Shown in pieces: positions 1-12,357 of a DNA stretch of 64,000 nt. The DNA comes from Gammaproteobacteria bacterium. Lineage in GTDB: Bacteria > Pseudomonadota > Gammaproteobacteria > SZUA-140. The notes beneath the pieces were generated by a model. The model was given only the letters and a program-made list of their open reading frames with translations, was not told the DNA's origin and ran no database searches. The position numbers were made by a program, and so were the translations under genes. Location of the stretch: NCBI GenBank assembly GCA_021648525.1, contig JAKISP010000002.1, forward strand, positions 43,367-107,366, written 5' to 3'. How positions within the stretch are numbered: position 1 is the stretch's first letter; the number at the start of each line of letters is the position of its first letter.

Positions 1-466
<466 letters not shown>

Positions 467-488
467 CTATTTTAAGGTAACCAAATTA

Positions 489-511
489 CAAAAGAGAGGC
501 GCTCTCTTTTG
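489..511. terminator. Intrinsic terminator-like hairpin (possibly bidirectional)
   Basis: caaaagagag-gcg-ctctcttttg, downstream of the minus-strand gene 562-1455. Confidence 0.6.
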
Positions 512-561
512 ACTATATCGACACAACGACACAGATTTCAGCAGTGAACTCAGACAGAGCT

Positions 562-1455
562 TCACTGTCGAATTTGATAGCCCTCATTCTGATCATCGCG
601 ACGAAAGAGATTATGGTCGGCCAAATATTCTTGATAGCCACCACCATCCCAATAAGTGTACACCCCACCACTGCCACTCTGATCCGGGCCATCAGTGTAC
701 GTATATTGCCCGCCACTTACCGTTTGCTTAACCTGAGACTTATCGCTAAAGAAGCCCGGAATGATATTATTATCATAATCACCAGTAATACCCTCATTAT
801 CTTTCAATAATTTAAGCCTGTTTGAAACAACCCCAGGAGTATCAATCGTGCCATAATCAATCATCCTCATATCGATCTGAAAATCCATTCTCACATCAGC
901 ATTGACGACCAACTGGGTAATCAATGGCTTGAACAGAAGAGTGTCTTTCAAAAACCACTGAGTCATCTCCTCATCCCTGACCATATTTCTCATCACCACC
1001 CGATTAGGGTTACCTGAGCCACTCCCGTTAGCTAAGCCTCCACGACTATTACTGGCTGATCTTGGAAATGGGTCATAGTTACCACTCGCCTGGTAACAGC
1101 AACCACTCGCCTCAATATAAACTTCCTGAGCAAAATCGCTATTTGGGTCACCAATAATGCTGTGATAGTAACGAACGCCATCAACGTAAACCACCTCCTG
1201 AAGAAATGGAGTTGGATCAAAATAAGCCCCCGTATTACCGCCAAAAGCACAGCGAGAATCACTACTAGCACGATTACAATCGATAGTAAGATCCTGATTC
1301 TCAGCCTCATTAACAAAGCCAAACTGAAAATGAACATCAGCCAGCGCGCCCAAGGGGATAACTACACACCAAGTTCCAGCTACAACAAGCAACATGCCTC
1401 TAAAGGCTTTTTTTAACATGACACCATCCACCCTCGAACACTTCAAAATCATCAA
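562..1455 (-). CDS. Hypothetical secreted protein
   Basis: 297-aa ORF with a signal-peptide-like segment ending ALA-D; Gly/Asn/Asp-rich with several Cys; no family recognised. Confidence 0.7.
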   Translation of the reverse strand: MMILKCSRVDGVMLKKAFRGMLLVVAGTWCVVIPLGALADVHFQFGFVNEAENQDLTIDCNRASSDSRCAFGGNTGAYFDPTPFLQEVVYVDGVRYYHSIIGDPNSDFAQEVYIEASGCCYQASGNYDPFPRSASNSRGGLANGSGSGNPNRVVMRNMVRDEEMTQWFLKDTLLFKPLITQLVVNADVRMDFQIDMRMIDYGTIDTPGVVSNRLKLLKDNEGITGDYDNNIIPGFFSDKSQVKQTVSGGQYTYTDGPDQSGSGGVYTYWDGGGYQEYLADHNLFRRDDQNEGYQIRQ

Positions 1456-1687
1456 TCAATCTTTTATTCTGCCCAAAGATTCTAAACACAAAGCCTATAC
1501 GCTTGTCAATTCAAAACAATACTGTAAATCAAATAAAACTTAATATTATCAATATATTATCAAAGCAAAAGGAATTCAGGCCAGAAAAATGACGCCTTTT
1601 TAAGAATAAATCACATATGTAACACCATGTTATTAATGCGATTTTAAGAAGGGAAATTCAATCGGAAAACTTATCAATCAATTAATG

Positions 1688-2713
1688 CTATTCTGATTTT
1701 TGGGCACGCTCAAATAATGCATTCACCGCATCTCGAGGCGAACATCCTTCGTACAGGACGCGATACACCTGCTCTGCAATTGGCATCTCAACGCCACACT
1801 GACGCGCCAGCAACAACACCTCCCGAACCGTTTGTACACCTTCAACCGCCTGGCCAATCGATTGCAATGCCTGTTCTAACGTATCACCCCGAGCAAGCGC
1901 AAGCCCCATACGGCGATTACGTGATTGATTATCAGTACAGGTCAATACCAGGTCACCAAGGCCAGCCAAACCAGTAAAGGTATCTACCTGCCCACCCAGT
2001 TCAACTCCCAGGCGAGTAATTTCAGCTAAACCTCGCGTGATTAATGCCGCGCGTGCATTCGCGCCAAACCCAAGCCCATCAGAAATGCCAGCTGCGATTG
2101 CCAGCACGTTTTTAACCGCCCCCCCCACCTCAACACCCACCACATCATTTGAGCGATAAGCACGAAGGCAATCATTGCTCAGCGCATCAGAAAGATCCTG
2201 AGAAAATTGAGAATCACCCGAAGCGACTGTTAGCGCCGTCGGCAAACCAGCCGCAACTTCATGCGCAAAACTAGGCCCCGACACAACCGCAAACGGAACC
2301 TCATCACCACAGATTTCTGCGGCAACCTGGTGCAATAATTTACCACTTCCAGGATCAAACCCTTTTGTGGCCCATGAAAGCCTTGCATCAGCCCCCATCA
2401 TAGGCCGACACAATGCCAGTACGGAGCGAAATGCCTCACTTGGAACGACGACCATAATATCATCACAGATCTCCAGCACTTGCCTTAGATCAGCATTAAC
2501 ACTCAGACGATCAGGAAACTGAATATCAGGAAGAAAAGCAACATTACAGCGCTGCTCCTGCATCAGCGCAACTTGAGCAACTTCATGACTCCATAAAACC
2601 ACATCACGCCCATTGCGAGCGATCAATATCGCTAGCGCGCTCCCCCACGAACCAGCACCTAACAACGCTATTGGTAACTGAGCATGAGGCACCTTCTCTC
2701 CGTCCAACATCAA
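1688..2713 (-). CDS. gpsA: NAD(P)H-dependent glycerol-3-phosphate dehydrogenase
   Basis: GAGSWGSALA, SGPSFA, GGAVKNV, GDLVLTCTDNQSRNRR motifs; follows secB. Confidence 0.97.
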   Translation of the reverse strand: MMLDGEKVPHAQLPIALLGAGSWGSALAILIARNGRDVVLWSHEVAQVALMQEQRCNVAFLPDIQFPDRLSVNADLRQVLEICDDIMVVVPSEAFRSVLALCRPMMGADARLSWATKGFDPGSGKLLHQVAAEICGDEVPFAVVSGPSFAHEVAAGLPTALTVASGDSQFSQDLSDALSNDCLRAYRSNDVVGVEVGGAVKNVLAIAAGISDGLGFGANARAALITRGLAEITRLGVELGGQVDTFTGLAGLGDLVLTCTDNQSRNRRMGLALARGDTLEQALQSIGQAVEGVQTVREVLLLARQCGVEMPIAEQVYRVLYEGCSPRDAVNALFERAQKSE

Positions 2714-2734
2714 ATTTCCTCAGGCCACACTAAA

Positions 2735-3235
2735 TCAATGCGACACTGACTCCTCTCCAATCTCTTCCTGTTGTTTGCGCTGTTGCTGTGCATATTCAGC
2801 AAATAAGGCATCGAAATTAACTGGGGATAACAGCAACTGCGGAAAACCACCTCGTGTCACCAGATCAGAAATTGCCTCGCGAGCAAATGGAAATAGAATA
2901 TTTGGGCAGACACTGCCAACAATAGCGGGTAATTCTTTTGGATCATAACCCGCAATATTAAAGATTCCACACTGCTGAACTTCAACGAGATAAGCCGTCT
3001 TATCACCAATTTTTGCGGTCACGGTCACCGACAGCATCACCTCGTGGACCCCCTCTCCCAGCACAACCGCTTTATTGCCAAGCTGCATATTGGTTTCAGG
3101 CTCCCATTTTTCCTGAAAAATTAGCGGGGTATTCGGCGTTTCAAAAGAGATATCTCGCATATAAACTTTCTGTATCGAAAACTGCTTTCCACCTGCGGCA
3201 GCTACCTGCTCTTTTTTTTCATCTACTTCTGACAT
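2735..3235 (-). CDS. secB: Protein-export chaperone SecB
   Basis: FSIQKVYMRDISFETPNTP, CPNILFPFARE, GGFPQLLLSPVNFDALF. Confidence 0.97.
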   Translation of the reverse strand: MSEVDEKKEQVAAAGGKQFSIQKVYMRDISFETPNTPLIFQEKWEPETNMQLGNKAVVLGEGVHEVMLSVTVTAKIGDKTAYLVEVQQCGIFNIAGYDPKELPAIVGSVCPNILFPFAREAISDLVTRGGFPQLLLSPVNFDALFAEYAQQQRKQQEEIGEESVSH

Positions 3236-3316
3236 TCTTCACCACCGATTAACAATAATTAGCTTTCACTCAATAGAAAACAAGCAAGACAAACGCCCAC
3301 ATCAAGATAAATACAA

Positions 3317-3745
3317 TTACGACTCGACACTTAATGGAAAATTAGCGCTTTTCCAGGTTAATAAACCACCCGATAGTTTATAAACCGATGCAAAACCCTG
3401 CTTCTGCAAAATAGCACCGGCACGCGCAGACTGCTGACCTGCCTCGCAATAAACCACTAACGGACTCTCTTTCAAACTTTCCAGTTCATGCAGACGCTCT
3501 TCCAGCAGACCAAAAGGGATATGCTTTGCATTAAGAATATGCCCTTTCTCAAAATCGCTATTATCACGCACATCCAGCACGATCGCATCATCACGATTAA
3601 TCAGCTGCACAACCTCATTAGGCTTAACTTCTTTAAAACCCAATAACCTGGGACGAATCATATTCACCCCCAACAGCGTTAGCACAATGACCAGCGCCAA
3701 AAATAAAAGCCAATTATTTACAATAAACTCAAAAAATTGCTGCAT
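3317..3745 (-). CDS. Membrane-anchored rhodanese-like protein (YibN-like)
   Basis: N-terminal TM helix; LDVR, GHILNAKHIP, VVYC, LSGGLLTW; upstream of secB; start taken as MQQFFEF at 3745. Confidence 0.88.
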   Translation of the reverse strand: MQQFFEFIVNNWLLFLALVIVLTLLGVNMIRPRLLGFKEVKPNEVVQLINRDDAIVLDVRDNSDFEKGHILNAKHIPFGLLEERLHELESLKESPLVVYCEAGQQSARAGAILQKQGFASVYKLSGGLLTWKSANFPLSVES

Positions 3746-3915
3746 ATTATCACCACTCAACCATGTGCCACAGCGCAAATATCGCCAACACACAATTTAT
3801 AGATATCAAGAACATCAGGACAAACTAAAAGCACGCAGTCTAGCCCATCTACTGTAGAATTTCAGCGAGAAAGTGCAATCAGACGATTAAACATTAACTA
3901 GACCTACATACTGTA

Positions 3916-4053
3916 GAGAGACCTTTACACGATTGTTTTTTTGCCCTATGGCTGCGTTAAAAACGTACTCAATCAGTCATTTATAGCGATAAACTCCCTC
4001 AATTTCGCGCACCTTTTCCTTGCCAGCCCCTCAGGCTTGAGCAAAGACCTCTC
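3916..4053. mobile_element. Degenerate MITE-like element
   Basis: Imperfect terminal inverted repeats gagagacctttacac / gagcaaagacctctc (11/15 match); internal motif shared with the element at 13546-13687. Confidence 0.4.
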
Positions 4054-4101
4054 AAGTACTATTTTTCAATCGATCAAACCAACCAAACAGGATGCGGCCA
4101 G

Positions 4102-4416
4102 TTAGTCATTACAGGTCACCTCCCGCATCAGGCCAAACAGTGTAATCATGCGACTATCGCAAAGTTGATACAATACACGATTACCATCTTTTCTTGCCTT
4201 AATAATCCCCTTACCTTTCATTATAGAAAGATGCTGTGAAATATTGCTTTGCGAAGCACCTGTTGCGACAACAATGTCTTGCACAGCAACCTCCCCATTT
4301 CCATCCAGCATACAAAGAACCTTCAACCTAAGCGGATGCGACAGAGCCTTGAACACCATTGATGTCTGTTCAAGGTACTGGTCATCGACTCGCCCAACTT
4401 CTTTTCCCCTCCCCAT
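4102..4416 (-). CDS. ArsR/SmtB-family transcriptional regulator
   Basis: FKALSHPLRLKVL, SQSNISQHLSIM, RKDGNRVLYQL. Confidence 0.92.
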   Translation of the reverse strand: MGRGKEVGRVDDQYLEQTSMVFKALSHPLRLKVLCMLDGNGEVAVQDIVVATGASQSNISQHLSIMKGKGIIKARKDGNRVLYQLCDSRMITLFGLMREVTCND

Positions 4417-4720
4417 GGCGATTCAACCCTTAACCGGTTATAATTTATTATTAATAATCCGAATAAAATCATTAGAAATTGCCGTTTTTTTCAACAAATT
4501 CAGCTTAAATTGAGCACACCAAATCAGCCAAAAAAGCCCAACTTCAATGACTGAATTCGCAACACTCAAAGAAAAACCTCAACGGACGACATAATAGCAA
4601 CACCTAAAGTCAATCAAGCACAGCAAGCCTGCTATCAACTTAAATATTATAACGAATAACTAAATCTCATAACGTAGGGTTTTTCCTACAAAATAAACCA
4701 GTAAGGACTTCGCCTTAAAG

Positions 4721-6283
4721 ATGAATTCCCCAGAAGAATCAATAAACTACAAGCCAACCACACTAATCATCCTTGATGGCTGGGGTGTAAGCGAAAAAAC
4801 TGATCATAATGCGATCTACCATGCAAAAAAACCGAACTGGGACAAGCTGTGGGAAAAAAACCCGCATACGCTAATTCACGGCTCGGGTAGTGAAGTTGGC
4901 CTTCCAGCCAATCAAATGGGCAATTCAGAAGTTGGCCACCTTAATCTCGGTGCTGGACGCGTGGTTAATCAGGAATTAACCCGCATTGATAAAGCGATCA
5001 AAGATGGCAGTTTCTTCGAAAACAGAGTCCTCGTTAACGCCATTGACGAGGCAATCTCAAATAATAAAGCAGTGCATATAATGGGATTGCTTTCGACTGG
5101 CGGCGTTCACAGTCACACGTCACAAATCAAGGCCTCTCTCACACTCGCCATACAGCGAGGCGCGAAGAAGGTCTACCTACATGCCTTTCTTGATGGGCGC
5201 GACACGCCCCCAAAAAGTGCCTCGCCCTGGCTGACAGAGATAGATGCACTTTTTGCCGAACACAAACACCCAGGGCGAATTGCCAGTATCATCGGCCGTT
5301 TTTTTGCGCTCGATCGTGACAATCGCTGGGAGCGCATTCAATCAGCCTATGAATTGATGACCCAGGGCAAGTCTGCCTTTCAGGCCACCAGCGCACTTGA
5401 CGGCTTAGATGCCGCCTATCAACGTAATGAGACAGATGAATTTGTGCAGGCCACCAGCATCACCCCAGATGGGGAAGATGAGGCTTGTGTTGAACCTGGC
5501 GACACGATGATCTTCATGAATTTTCGCGCAGACCGAGCACGCCAGATCTCCCAGGCCTTTGCCGAGCCAGAATTCACCGGTTTTGCCATCAAGGAGCGAC
5601 CAGAACTCGGCGCTTACATTAGCCTTACTGAGTACAAAAAAAGCCTGGAAACCGATATCGCATTCCCCGCCATTCGCATGAAAAATGTTTTTGGCGAGTA
5701 TATTTCAAACCTGGGACTGCAACAATTACGTATTTCAGAGACCGAAAAATATGCCCACGTCACCTTCTTCTTTAATGGCGGCGAAGAACGTGCCTTTGAC
5801 GGTGAAGAACGTATTTTGATCGAATCTCCCAAGGTGAAAACATACGACCTACAACCCGAAATGAGCGCGGCAGAATTAACCGACAAACTAGTCAATGCGA
5901 TTGCTAGTGGGAAATTCGACACCATTATCTGTAACTATGCCAACCCCGATATGGTCGGCCACACTGGCAACCTTAAGGCCTGTATTAAGGCAATCGAAAC
6001 CATCGACTCCTGCTTGGCACGCGTTCACGAAGCAATCACCGCCGCTGGTGGCGAACTGCTAATCACTGCTGATCACGGCAACGCAGAAAAAATGCGCGAT
6101 GATAAAACTGGCCAGGCTCATACAGCACATACAGCCAATCCAGTGCCCCTCCTCTATATCGGTCGCGCTGCGGAAATCTCAGAAGGTGGTAGCCTCTCAG
6201 ACATTGCCCCTACCATGCTCTATTTAATGGGATTAGAGCAACCCGCTGAAATGACCGGCCGCTCACTGCTGAAGTTAAAGTAG
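4721..6283 (+). CDS. gpmI: 2,3-bisphosphoglycerate-independent phosphoglycerate mutase
   Basis: [52 protein letters not shown]. Confidence 0.98.
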   Translation: MNSPEESINYKPTTLIILDGWGVSEKTDHNAIYHAKKPNWDKLWEKNPHTLIHGSGSEVGLPANQMGNSEVGHLNLGAGRVVNQELTRIDKAIKDGSFFENRVLVNAIDEAISNNKAVHIMGLLSTGGVHSHTSQIKASLTLAIQRGAKKVYLHAFLDGRDTPPKSASPWLTEIDALFAEHKHPGRIASIIGRFFALDRDNRWERIQSAYELMTQGKSAFQATSALDGLDAAYQRNETDEFVQATSITPDGEDEACVEPGDTMIFMNFRADRARQISQAFAEPEFTGFAIKERPELGAYISLTEYKKSLETDIAFPAIRMKNVFGEYISNLGLQQLRISETEKYAHVTFFFNGGEERAFDGEERILIESPKVKTYDLQPEMSAAELTDKLVNAIASGKFDTIICNYANPDMVGHTGNLKACIKAIETIDSCLARVHEAITAAGGELLITADHGNAEKMRDDKTGQAHTAHTANPVPLLYIGRAAEISEGGSLSDIAPTMLYLMGLEQPAEMTGRSLLKLK

Positions 6284-6332
6284 CAAGTGTAGTATTTTGA
6301 TACTTCGTCTCTTTCAGGGCATGAGATAACAG

Positions 6333-7520
6333 GTGCTGAAATCACAGCCAACAAGCATTTTCCTAAGCATTACGAGCATCATGCTCGTAATGCTTCTTTT
6401 ACTGTTAACTGCCAACACCTCTCTGTTTGCCAATGATAATGAACCATCGAAAGAGGCAAAACTGCTGCATTTAAAAAAGCAGATCCGTGACGTTCGTGCA
6501 ACACTGACAAAATCCACTAGCCAAAAGAATCAACTACAACGAAAACTGCAAAAAAGCGAAACGACCATCGGTAATATCAGCCGATCACTATCAAAACTCG
6601 CCAAACAACTGAAACAACAAAAACGTAATCTGCGCAATCGCCAGCAAGAGAAAAAACAAAAATCACGTGAATTAGCACGACAACAACAACTGCTGGCACA
6701 GCAGATCCGCGCCAGCTACGCGATGGGTAATCAGGGCTACGTTAAATTACTCCTCAACCAGGAAGACCCTGCCGCGATTGGCCGCACCCTCATCTATTAC
6801 GATTATCTGAACCAGTCTCGCACACAAAATATCAAGGCGATCGATCAACACATCGCAGCGCTCTCGCGCATCGAAACCGATATTCAACGCAAGCAGCAGA
6901 AAATTACAGCAGTTCAACAACAGCGCAAAAAAGAGAAAGGTGCGCTAGAGAAACAACAGCGCTCACGAAAGGCGATCCTTTCCAGCATACAGAAAGATAT
7001 CAAGCATCAATCACAACGGCTGGTCCAGCTCGAACAGGCCCGCAAAGATCTCCAGTGGTTATTAAAATCACTTAGTGAAGCCCTTGCGGATATTCCACCT
7101 GATGTCGGCAATATCAAACAGTTCAGCCAACTCAAAGGTAAACTCCTGCGCCCAACCCAAGGTAAGGTTAACAATCGCTTTGGCAAACGACGCAAAGACG
7201 GCAGCGGGATCAAATGGCAAGGGATCACTATCAAGGCCAAAACAGGCACCCAGGTCAATGCCGTTCATCACGGTAGAGTTGCCTTTTCCGACTGGCTACG
7301 TGGCTTTGGTTTACTGGTTATCCTCGACCATGGTGATGGCTACATGAGCCTTTACGGGCACAATGAAAGCCTATATAAAGATGCCGGCGAATGGGTTGAA
7401 AGCGGCGAGACCATCGCTACGGTTGGCGAGAGTGGTGGCCAAAGCGACTCAGGGCTCTATTTCGAAATTCGCAAAAACGGCAAACCACAAAACCCTCGAC
7501 CATGGCTGGCACGCAAATAG
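6333..7520 (+). CDS. envC: Murein hydrolase activator EnvC (coiled coil plus degenerate M23 domain)
   Basis: Signal peptide, long coiled coil, WQGITI, GYMSLYGHN, LYFEIR; lies between gpmI and ctpA. Confidence 0.92.
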   Translation: MLKSQPTSIFLSITSIMLVMLLLLLTANTSLFANDNEPSKEAKLLHLKKQIRDVRATLTKSTSQKNQLQRKLQKSETTIGNISRSLSKLAKQLKQQKRNLRNRQQEKKQKSRELARQQQLLAQQIRASYAMGNQGYVKLLLNQEDPAAIGRTLIYYDYLNQSRTQNIKAIDQHIAALSRIETDIQRKQQKITAVQQQRKKEKGALEKQQRSRKAILSSIQKDIKHQSQRLVQLEQARKDLQWLLKSLSEALADIPPDVGNIKQFSQLKGKLLRPTQGKVNNRFGKRRKDGSGIKWQGITIKAKTGTQVNAVHHGRVAFSDWLRGFGLLVILDHGDGYMSLYGHNESLYKDAGEWVESGETIATVGESGGQSDSGLYFEIRKNGKPQNPRPWLARK

Positions 7521-7621
7521 CCGGATATTAGCAACGACGGAAATATGGCGAAAATAGTGGTTTCTGATAAAGTTACCTCTGTGGACGCCGAAACCAAATT
7601 TATATGGAGTGGAACACATCA

Positions 7622-8926
7622 ATGCTATCTCAATCACGTAATGTCCTGTTAGTGCTAATGGGGCTGGTACTAGGCTTTTTCCTGACCATCGGTCAACATG
7701 TATTGGCAGAGCGCGACGATAACAATGCCCTTCCACTCGAAGAACTACGCGCCTTCACCGAAGTCTTCGCCAACATCAAAAATAACTATGTAGAAGATGT
7801 TAGCGACAAAGAGCTGCTGGAAAATGCCATTCGCGGTATGCTTTCAGGATTAGACCCACATTCATCCTATCTTGATACTGATGCCTACAAAGAACTACAG
7901 GTTGGCACCTCTGGCGAATTTGGCGGCCTTGGTATCGAGGTCAGCATGGAAGATGGCTTTGTAAAAGTAGTATCCCCCATTGATGATACTCCCGCTGATG
8001 CCGCTGGTATCAAAACAGGAGACCTCATCATCCGACTCGATGACACTCCCGTAAAAGGGCTCACACTGCGCGAAGCCGTCAATCTCATGCGCGGCAAACC
8101 GGGTAGCGACATTTTACTCACGATCGTTCGTGATGGCACTGATAGACCACTGAAAATCACCATCACCCGTGACATCATTCAAGTTAAGAGCGTTAAGTAC
8201 GAAAGCCTCGAGCCAGGTTTTGGTTACGTACGCATTACTCAGTTTCAATCTCACACCGGTAGCGACCTTAAAGAAGCAATCAACGAATTAAAGAAAGAGA
8301 ACAATGGCGCGCTTAATGGCTTGATTCTTGACCTGCGTAACAACCCCGGCGGCGTATTAAACGCAGCATTCGAAGTGTCCGATGCCTTCCTGGAGCGGGG
8401 CATGATCGTCTACACTGAAGGGCGCATTAATGACTCTGCCCTTGAATTCAAGGCCACACCTGATGACAGCCTCGAAGGGGCACCGCTTATCGTACTGATT
8501 AACAGTGGCTCAGCTTCTGCGTCAGAAATTGTCGCGGGTGCACTGCAAGACCACAAACGCGCTGTCATCATGGGAAGCAAATCATTTGGCAAAGGCTCGG
8601 TGCAAACAATCCTGCCGATGAACAACGGCGCAGCACTTAAACTCACAACGGCTCGCTACTTCACTCCTGCAGGTCGCTCGATTCAGGCAGAAGGTATCGT
8701 GCCGGACATTCCTCTTGATCGAATCAATCTAACTGCCGCAAACGAACCTGAATTTGCACCCGTAACTGAAGCAGATCTTGCTGGCCACTTGGACAGCGAC
8801 CAGGAGAGCAGCGAAACTGATGCGGCTAATATTGATCAACAAGAGGAAAAACATCGCGTCGACCAGGACTACCAGCTCTACGAAGCACTCAATCTGCTAA
8901 AAGGGCTGCACATCCTCACTAAATAA
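7622..8926 (+). CDS. ctpA: Carboxy-terminal processing protease (S41A, PDZ)
   Basis: LDPHSSYL, GGLGIEV, DLRNNPGG, SASASEIVAGALQD, FGKGSVQ. Confidence 0.93.
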   Translation: MLSQSRNVLLVLMGLVLGFFLTIGQHVLAERDDNNALPLEELRAFTEVFANIKNNYVEDVSDKELLENAIRGMLSGLDPHSSYLDTDAYKELQVGTSGEFGGLGIEVSMEDGFVKVVSPIDDTPADAAGIKTGDLIIRLDDTPVKGLTLREAVNLMRGKPGSDILLTIVRDGTDRPLKITITRDIIQVKSVKYESLEPGFGYVRITQFQSHTGSDLKEAINELKKENNGALNGLILDLRNNPGGVLNAAFEVSDAFLERGMIVYTEGRINDSALEFKATPDDSLEGAPLIVLINSGSASASEIVAGALQDHKRAVIMGSKSFGKGSVQTILPMNNGAALKLTTARYFTPAGRSIQAEGIVPDIPLDRINLTAANEPEFAPVTEADLAGHLDSDQESSETDAANIDQQEEKHRVDQDYQLYEALNLLKGLHILTK

Positions 8927-8956
8927 TAGTGAACAACTAAAAAATCGACATCAACT

Positions 8957-9844
8957 ATGACTCTACGCCTGACACTCACGCTGCTGCTTGTTATCAGCAC
9001 CATCAAACCGGGGCTAGCGAGCGATGCAAAGTTCGGCTTTGAGCGCCCGTCCCCCACTAACACCCAACAACCGCTGCCTGCTGTCAGTATTATCATTGAC
9101 GACCTTGGCGAACAGCTCGCACTCGGTGAACGCGCCATTGCACTGCCCGGTGAAATCACCTATGCATTCCTGCCACATACCAGCCATGCCGTTCATCTGG
9201 CTGAGTTGGCACACCAGCAAAACAGAGAAGTGATGATCCACATACCGATGCAACCGGTCGGCGATAACAGCCTGGGTAAAGGTGGGCTCACACTCGACAT
9301 GTCACAACAAAACTTCATTGCAACATTGAAAGACAATCTAAATGCAATTCCCCATATCAGCGGCATTAACAATCATATGGGCAGTCTACTAACCCAACAC
9401 CCAGGCAAGATGGCCTGGCTAATGCAAACACTCAGTGAAGAGCATGATGATCTGTTTTTTGTCGATAGTCGCACCACTGAGCACACAGTCGCCTATATCA
9501 TCGCAGCCGAATTTGAGATCCCAAGAATAAACCGCAATGTATTCCTTGATAACATCCGCACTGAAAAAGAGATCGGCATACAGTTTAAGCGACTACTCGC
9601 CCTTGCAAAACGTCACGGCACCGCCGTTGCCATTGGCCACCCCTATCCAGAGACCCTCAAGTTTCTCGAGCAGATGCTACCCGCACTTCAACAACAGGGT
9701 ATCGAGCTAATCAAAACCTCAAGCCTCATCAAGCGTAAACACCTACTCGAGACCACTATCCTGGACACCATGCTCGCAGCAAAAGAGAGTCACAACAAAA
9801 TGGGATTACCTCATGCCGCTGAATCGCGCTCGCTCATCCAATGA
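8957..9844 (+). CDS. Divergent polysaccharide deacetylase (YibQ/DUF610)
   Basis: IIIDDLG, HIPMQP, NNHMGS, FVDSRT, VFLDN, AIGHP. Confidence 0.92.
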   Translation: MTLRLTLTLLLVISTIKPGLASDAKFGFERPSPTNTQQPLPAVSIIIDDLGEQLALGERAIALPGEITYAFLPHTSHAVHLAELAHQQNREVMIHIPMQPVGDNSLGKGGLTLDMSQQNFIATLKDNLNAIPHISGINNHMGSLLTQHPGKMAWLMQTLSEEHDDLFFVDSRTTEHTVAYIIAAEFEIPRINRNVFLDNIRTEKEIGIQFKRLLALAKRHGTAVAIGHPYPETLKFLEQMLPALQQQGIELIKTSSLIKRKHLLETTILDTMLAAKESHNKMGLPHAAESRSLIQ

Positions 9845-10053
9845 ACAGGGGTGACAGCACTCGATCTGTCAGCGCAGAACATGAAGCACTCAAGGCACAT
9901 CGCGGTGGTCATTGCCAGGCAATATCCTCACCACAAAAAAGATGCACATCACGATGGGGTTTTATGGACATGTACATACTGAATTGTTTACTCGGGAAAA
10001 TACATAGCGAGGCTGAAACAGAAAATTCGAGTTAGTGAATATGGTCGCTTGCT

Positions 10054-11703
10054 TTAATTACGACGCTCGTCTCGCGGCCATGAAAACAGCAGCACAATAA
10101 TACCAATGCCTGCCAGTATCCAGGAGACCATCGAAGCACTACCTGATCCTGATAGTATTGCCGCACTGACAATCAACGCACTACCCACAATTGCGGCATA
10201 CAGACGTCGGTTTGAATCCAGCAACGTGCGCTCAATTTTACGTAGCTCTTTCGACTGCCACTCAACCTTCAACTCACCGTCGCGCGCCTGCTGTAAAACA
10301 TCATGCAGCAACACCGGCATTTCAGGTAGCCGATCCAGCCACAGAGGTACATTGCGTTTCATCGAACTGACAAAGGCACGGCCACCAATATTTTCATCCA
10401 TCCAACGCTCCAGAAATGGTTTTGCTGTCTGCCACAGGTCTAACTCAGGATAGAGCTGCCGTCCCAGTCCTTCAATGTTCAACAGCGTCTTTTGCAACAG
10501 TACCAACTGTGGTTGCACTTCCATATTAAAGCGGCGTGCGGTTTGAAACAGGCGCAACAGCAGTCTTCCAAACGAAATATCTTTCAGCGGTCGTTCAAAT
10601 ATCGGTTCACATACGCTGCGAATCGCCGACTCAAATTCATCAACACGCGTCCCCTTCGGCACCCATTCAGACTGTACGTGAAGCTCTGCAACACGACGAT
10701 AATCACGATTAAAAAAAGCCAGGAAATTCTCTGCGAGGTAATGCTGATCATCCGGACTCAACGTTCCCATGATACCAAAGTCGATTGCGATGTACTGCCC
10801 TTCTGCAGAAACAAAAATATTTCCAGGATGCATATCCGCATGAAAAAAATTGTGTTTAAAGACCTGGGTAAAAAAGATCTCCACACCCGTTTCGGATAGT
10901 TTTTTAAGATCAACACCTTGTCGGCGCAGTTCATCGATATCACTAATCGGCGTACCAAAAATACGCTCCATCACCATCACATTACGGCGCGTCTGTGGCC
11001 AGTAAATTTCGGGCACGTAGAGCAGGTCACTGCCCTCAAAATTCCGCCGAAGCTGCGAAGCGCTCGCCGCCTCTTTCATCAGGTCTAGTTCGTCATAGAT
11101 GGTTTTTTCATACTCCGCCACCACTTCAAGCGGGCGCAAGCGTCGCCCCTCTGACCAGTAACGTTCAACCATTTCGGCCATAATATAAAGTAGACCAAGA
11201 TCACGCTTGATGGTTTTTTTGATTCCGGGGCGCACTACTTTAACAATCACCTCAGTGCCATCAAGCAGTGTTGCCACATGGACCTGTGCGATCGATGCAG
11301 AGGCTAGTGGGGTTTCATCAAACGATAAAAAAACTTTATTCAGTGGCTGGCCATAAGCTGCTTCGATAATACGGCGCGCTTCACTACCAAGAAATGGTGG
11401 CACGTTGTCCTGCAGTTTTGCCAGTTCATCCGCAATTTCATCCGGCAACAGATCTTTACGTGTGGAGAGGATTTGACCAAGCTTTACAAAAATCGGACCC
11501 AGGTCTTCCAACGTACGACGCATACGCACGGGGTGCGGTACACGCACATGACGGCGGCCAAACCAGTTCCACGGTAACAGATACAACAAAAAGCGGAACG
11601 GACGAAACAGGTGCATCTCCAGCACCACCTCATCCAGGCCATGTTTCACTAAAATACGATTGATATACAGCAGTCGGAACAGCTGACTGGGTTTAATCAT
11701 CAC
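10054..11703 (-). CDS. ubiB: Ubiquinone biosynthesis kinase-like protein UbiB
   Basis: [35 protein letters not shown]; in the ubiE-ubiJ-ubiB operon. Confidence 0.96.
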   Translation of the reverse strand: MMIKPSQLFRLLYINRILVKHGLDEVVLEMHLFRPFRFLLYLLPWNWFGRRHVRVPHPVRMRRTLEDLGPIFVKLGQILSTRKDLLPDEIADELAKLQDNVPPFLGSEARRIIEAAYGQPLNKVFLSFDETPLASASIAQVHVATLLDGTEVIVKVVRPGIKKTIKRDLGLLYIMAEMVERYWSEGRRLRPLEVVAEYEKTIYDELDLMKEAASASQLRRNFEGSDLLYVPEIYWPQTRRNVMVMERIFGTPISDIDELRRQGVDLKKLSETGVEIFFTQVFKHNFFHADMHPGNIFVSAEGQYIAIDFGIMGTLSPDDQHYLAENFLAFFNRDYRRVAELHVQSEWVPKGTRVDEFESAIRSVCEPIFERPLKDISFGRLLLRLFQTARRFNMEVQPQLVLLQKTLLNIEGLGRQLYPELDLWQTAKPFLERWMDENIGGRAFVSSMKRNVPLWLDRLPEMPVLLHDVLQQARDGELKVEWQSKELRKIERTLLDSNRRLYAAIVGSALIVSAAILSGSGSASMVSWILAGIGIIVLLFSWPRDERRN

Positions 11704-12332
11704 TCAACAGCGCCTCGCTGTGTTAACAGGCGTTGCACACGCGCCGCCATCCGATCCACATCACTTCGCAGTGTATCAACCGCTTCCAGAAATGGCCCGA
11801 CCTCTTCACAATGCGGTAACAAACGACTCTCCTCTTGCAGATATTCACTCACATCCCGCTCTACCGTGCTACGTGTCTGTGTCGCCCAGTCGGCTGCGCC
11901 GCGCACCACGTTACCCATTTTATGCCCAACCACATCACCCACCAGCGTTGCTATCTGCTCTTCCCAATCAAGATCAAGATCGTTCATGATGTCGTGGATA
12001 TGCTGTCCGGTTTCAGTATCACCCACAATCTCAACATCACCTGAAAACAGCACCTTCTGTTGATCACCACCCAGCCCCATGCGCATCATCGATAGTGGCG
12101 CACCGCGCAGCCACACATCAACCTCACCATCAAATTCAGCACGTAATCGTAGACCAATACTATCTGGCAACAGATAAAGTTTCAGATTCAAACCCAATAG
12201 CTCAATTCCAATCACCTTACCAGTGAGCACACGCACCCGTTGCAATGCATCAGGGTCAAACTGAAGACAATGATTGATAGCCGCTTCAAGTGCGGAAAGC
12301 GATGCTGTTTTGATCGATAATGTGATAGTCAT
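11700..12332 (-). CDS. ubiJ: Ubiquinone biosynthesis accessory factor UbiJ (SCP2 domain)
   Basis: [21 protein letters not shown]; lies between ubiE and ubiB. Confidence 0.9.
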   Translation of the reverse strand: MTITLSIKTASLSALEAAINHCLQFDPDALQRVRVLTGKVIGIELLGLNLKLYLLPDSIGLRLRAEFDGEVDVWLRGAPLSMMRMGLGGDQQKVLFSGDVEIVGDTETGQHIHDIMNDLDLDWEEQIATLVGDVVGHKMGNVVRGAADWATQTRSTVERDVSEYLQEESRLLPHCEEVGPFLEAVDTLRSDVDRMAARVQRLLTQRGAVE

Positions 12333-12357
12333 ATAACTAAACCCTAAATCAACAGCC

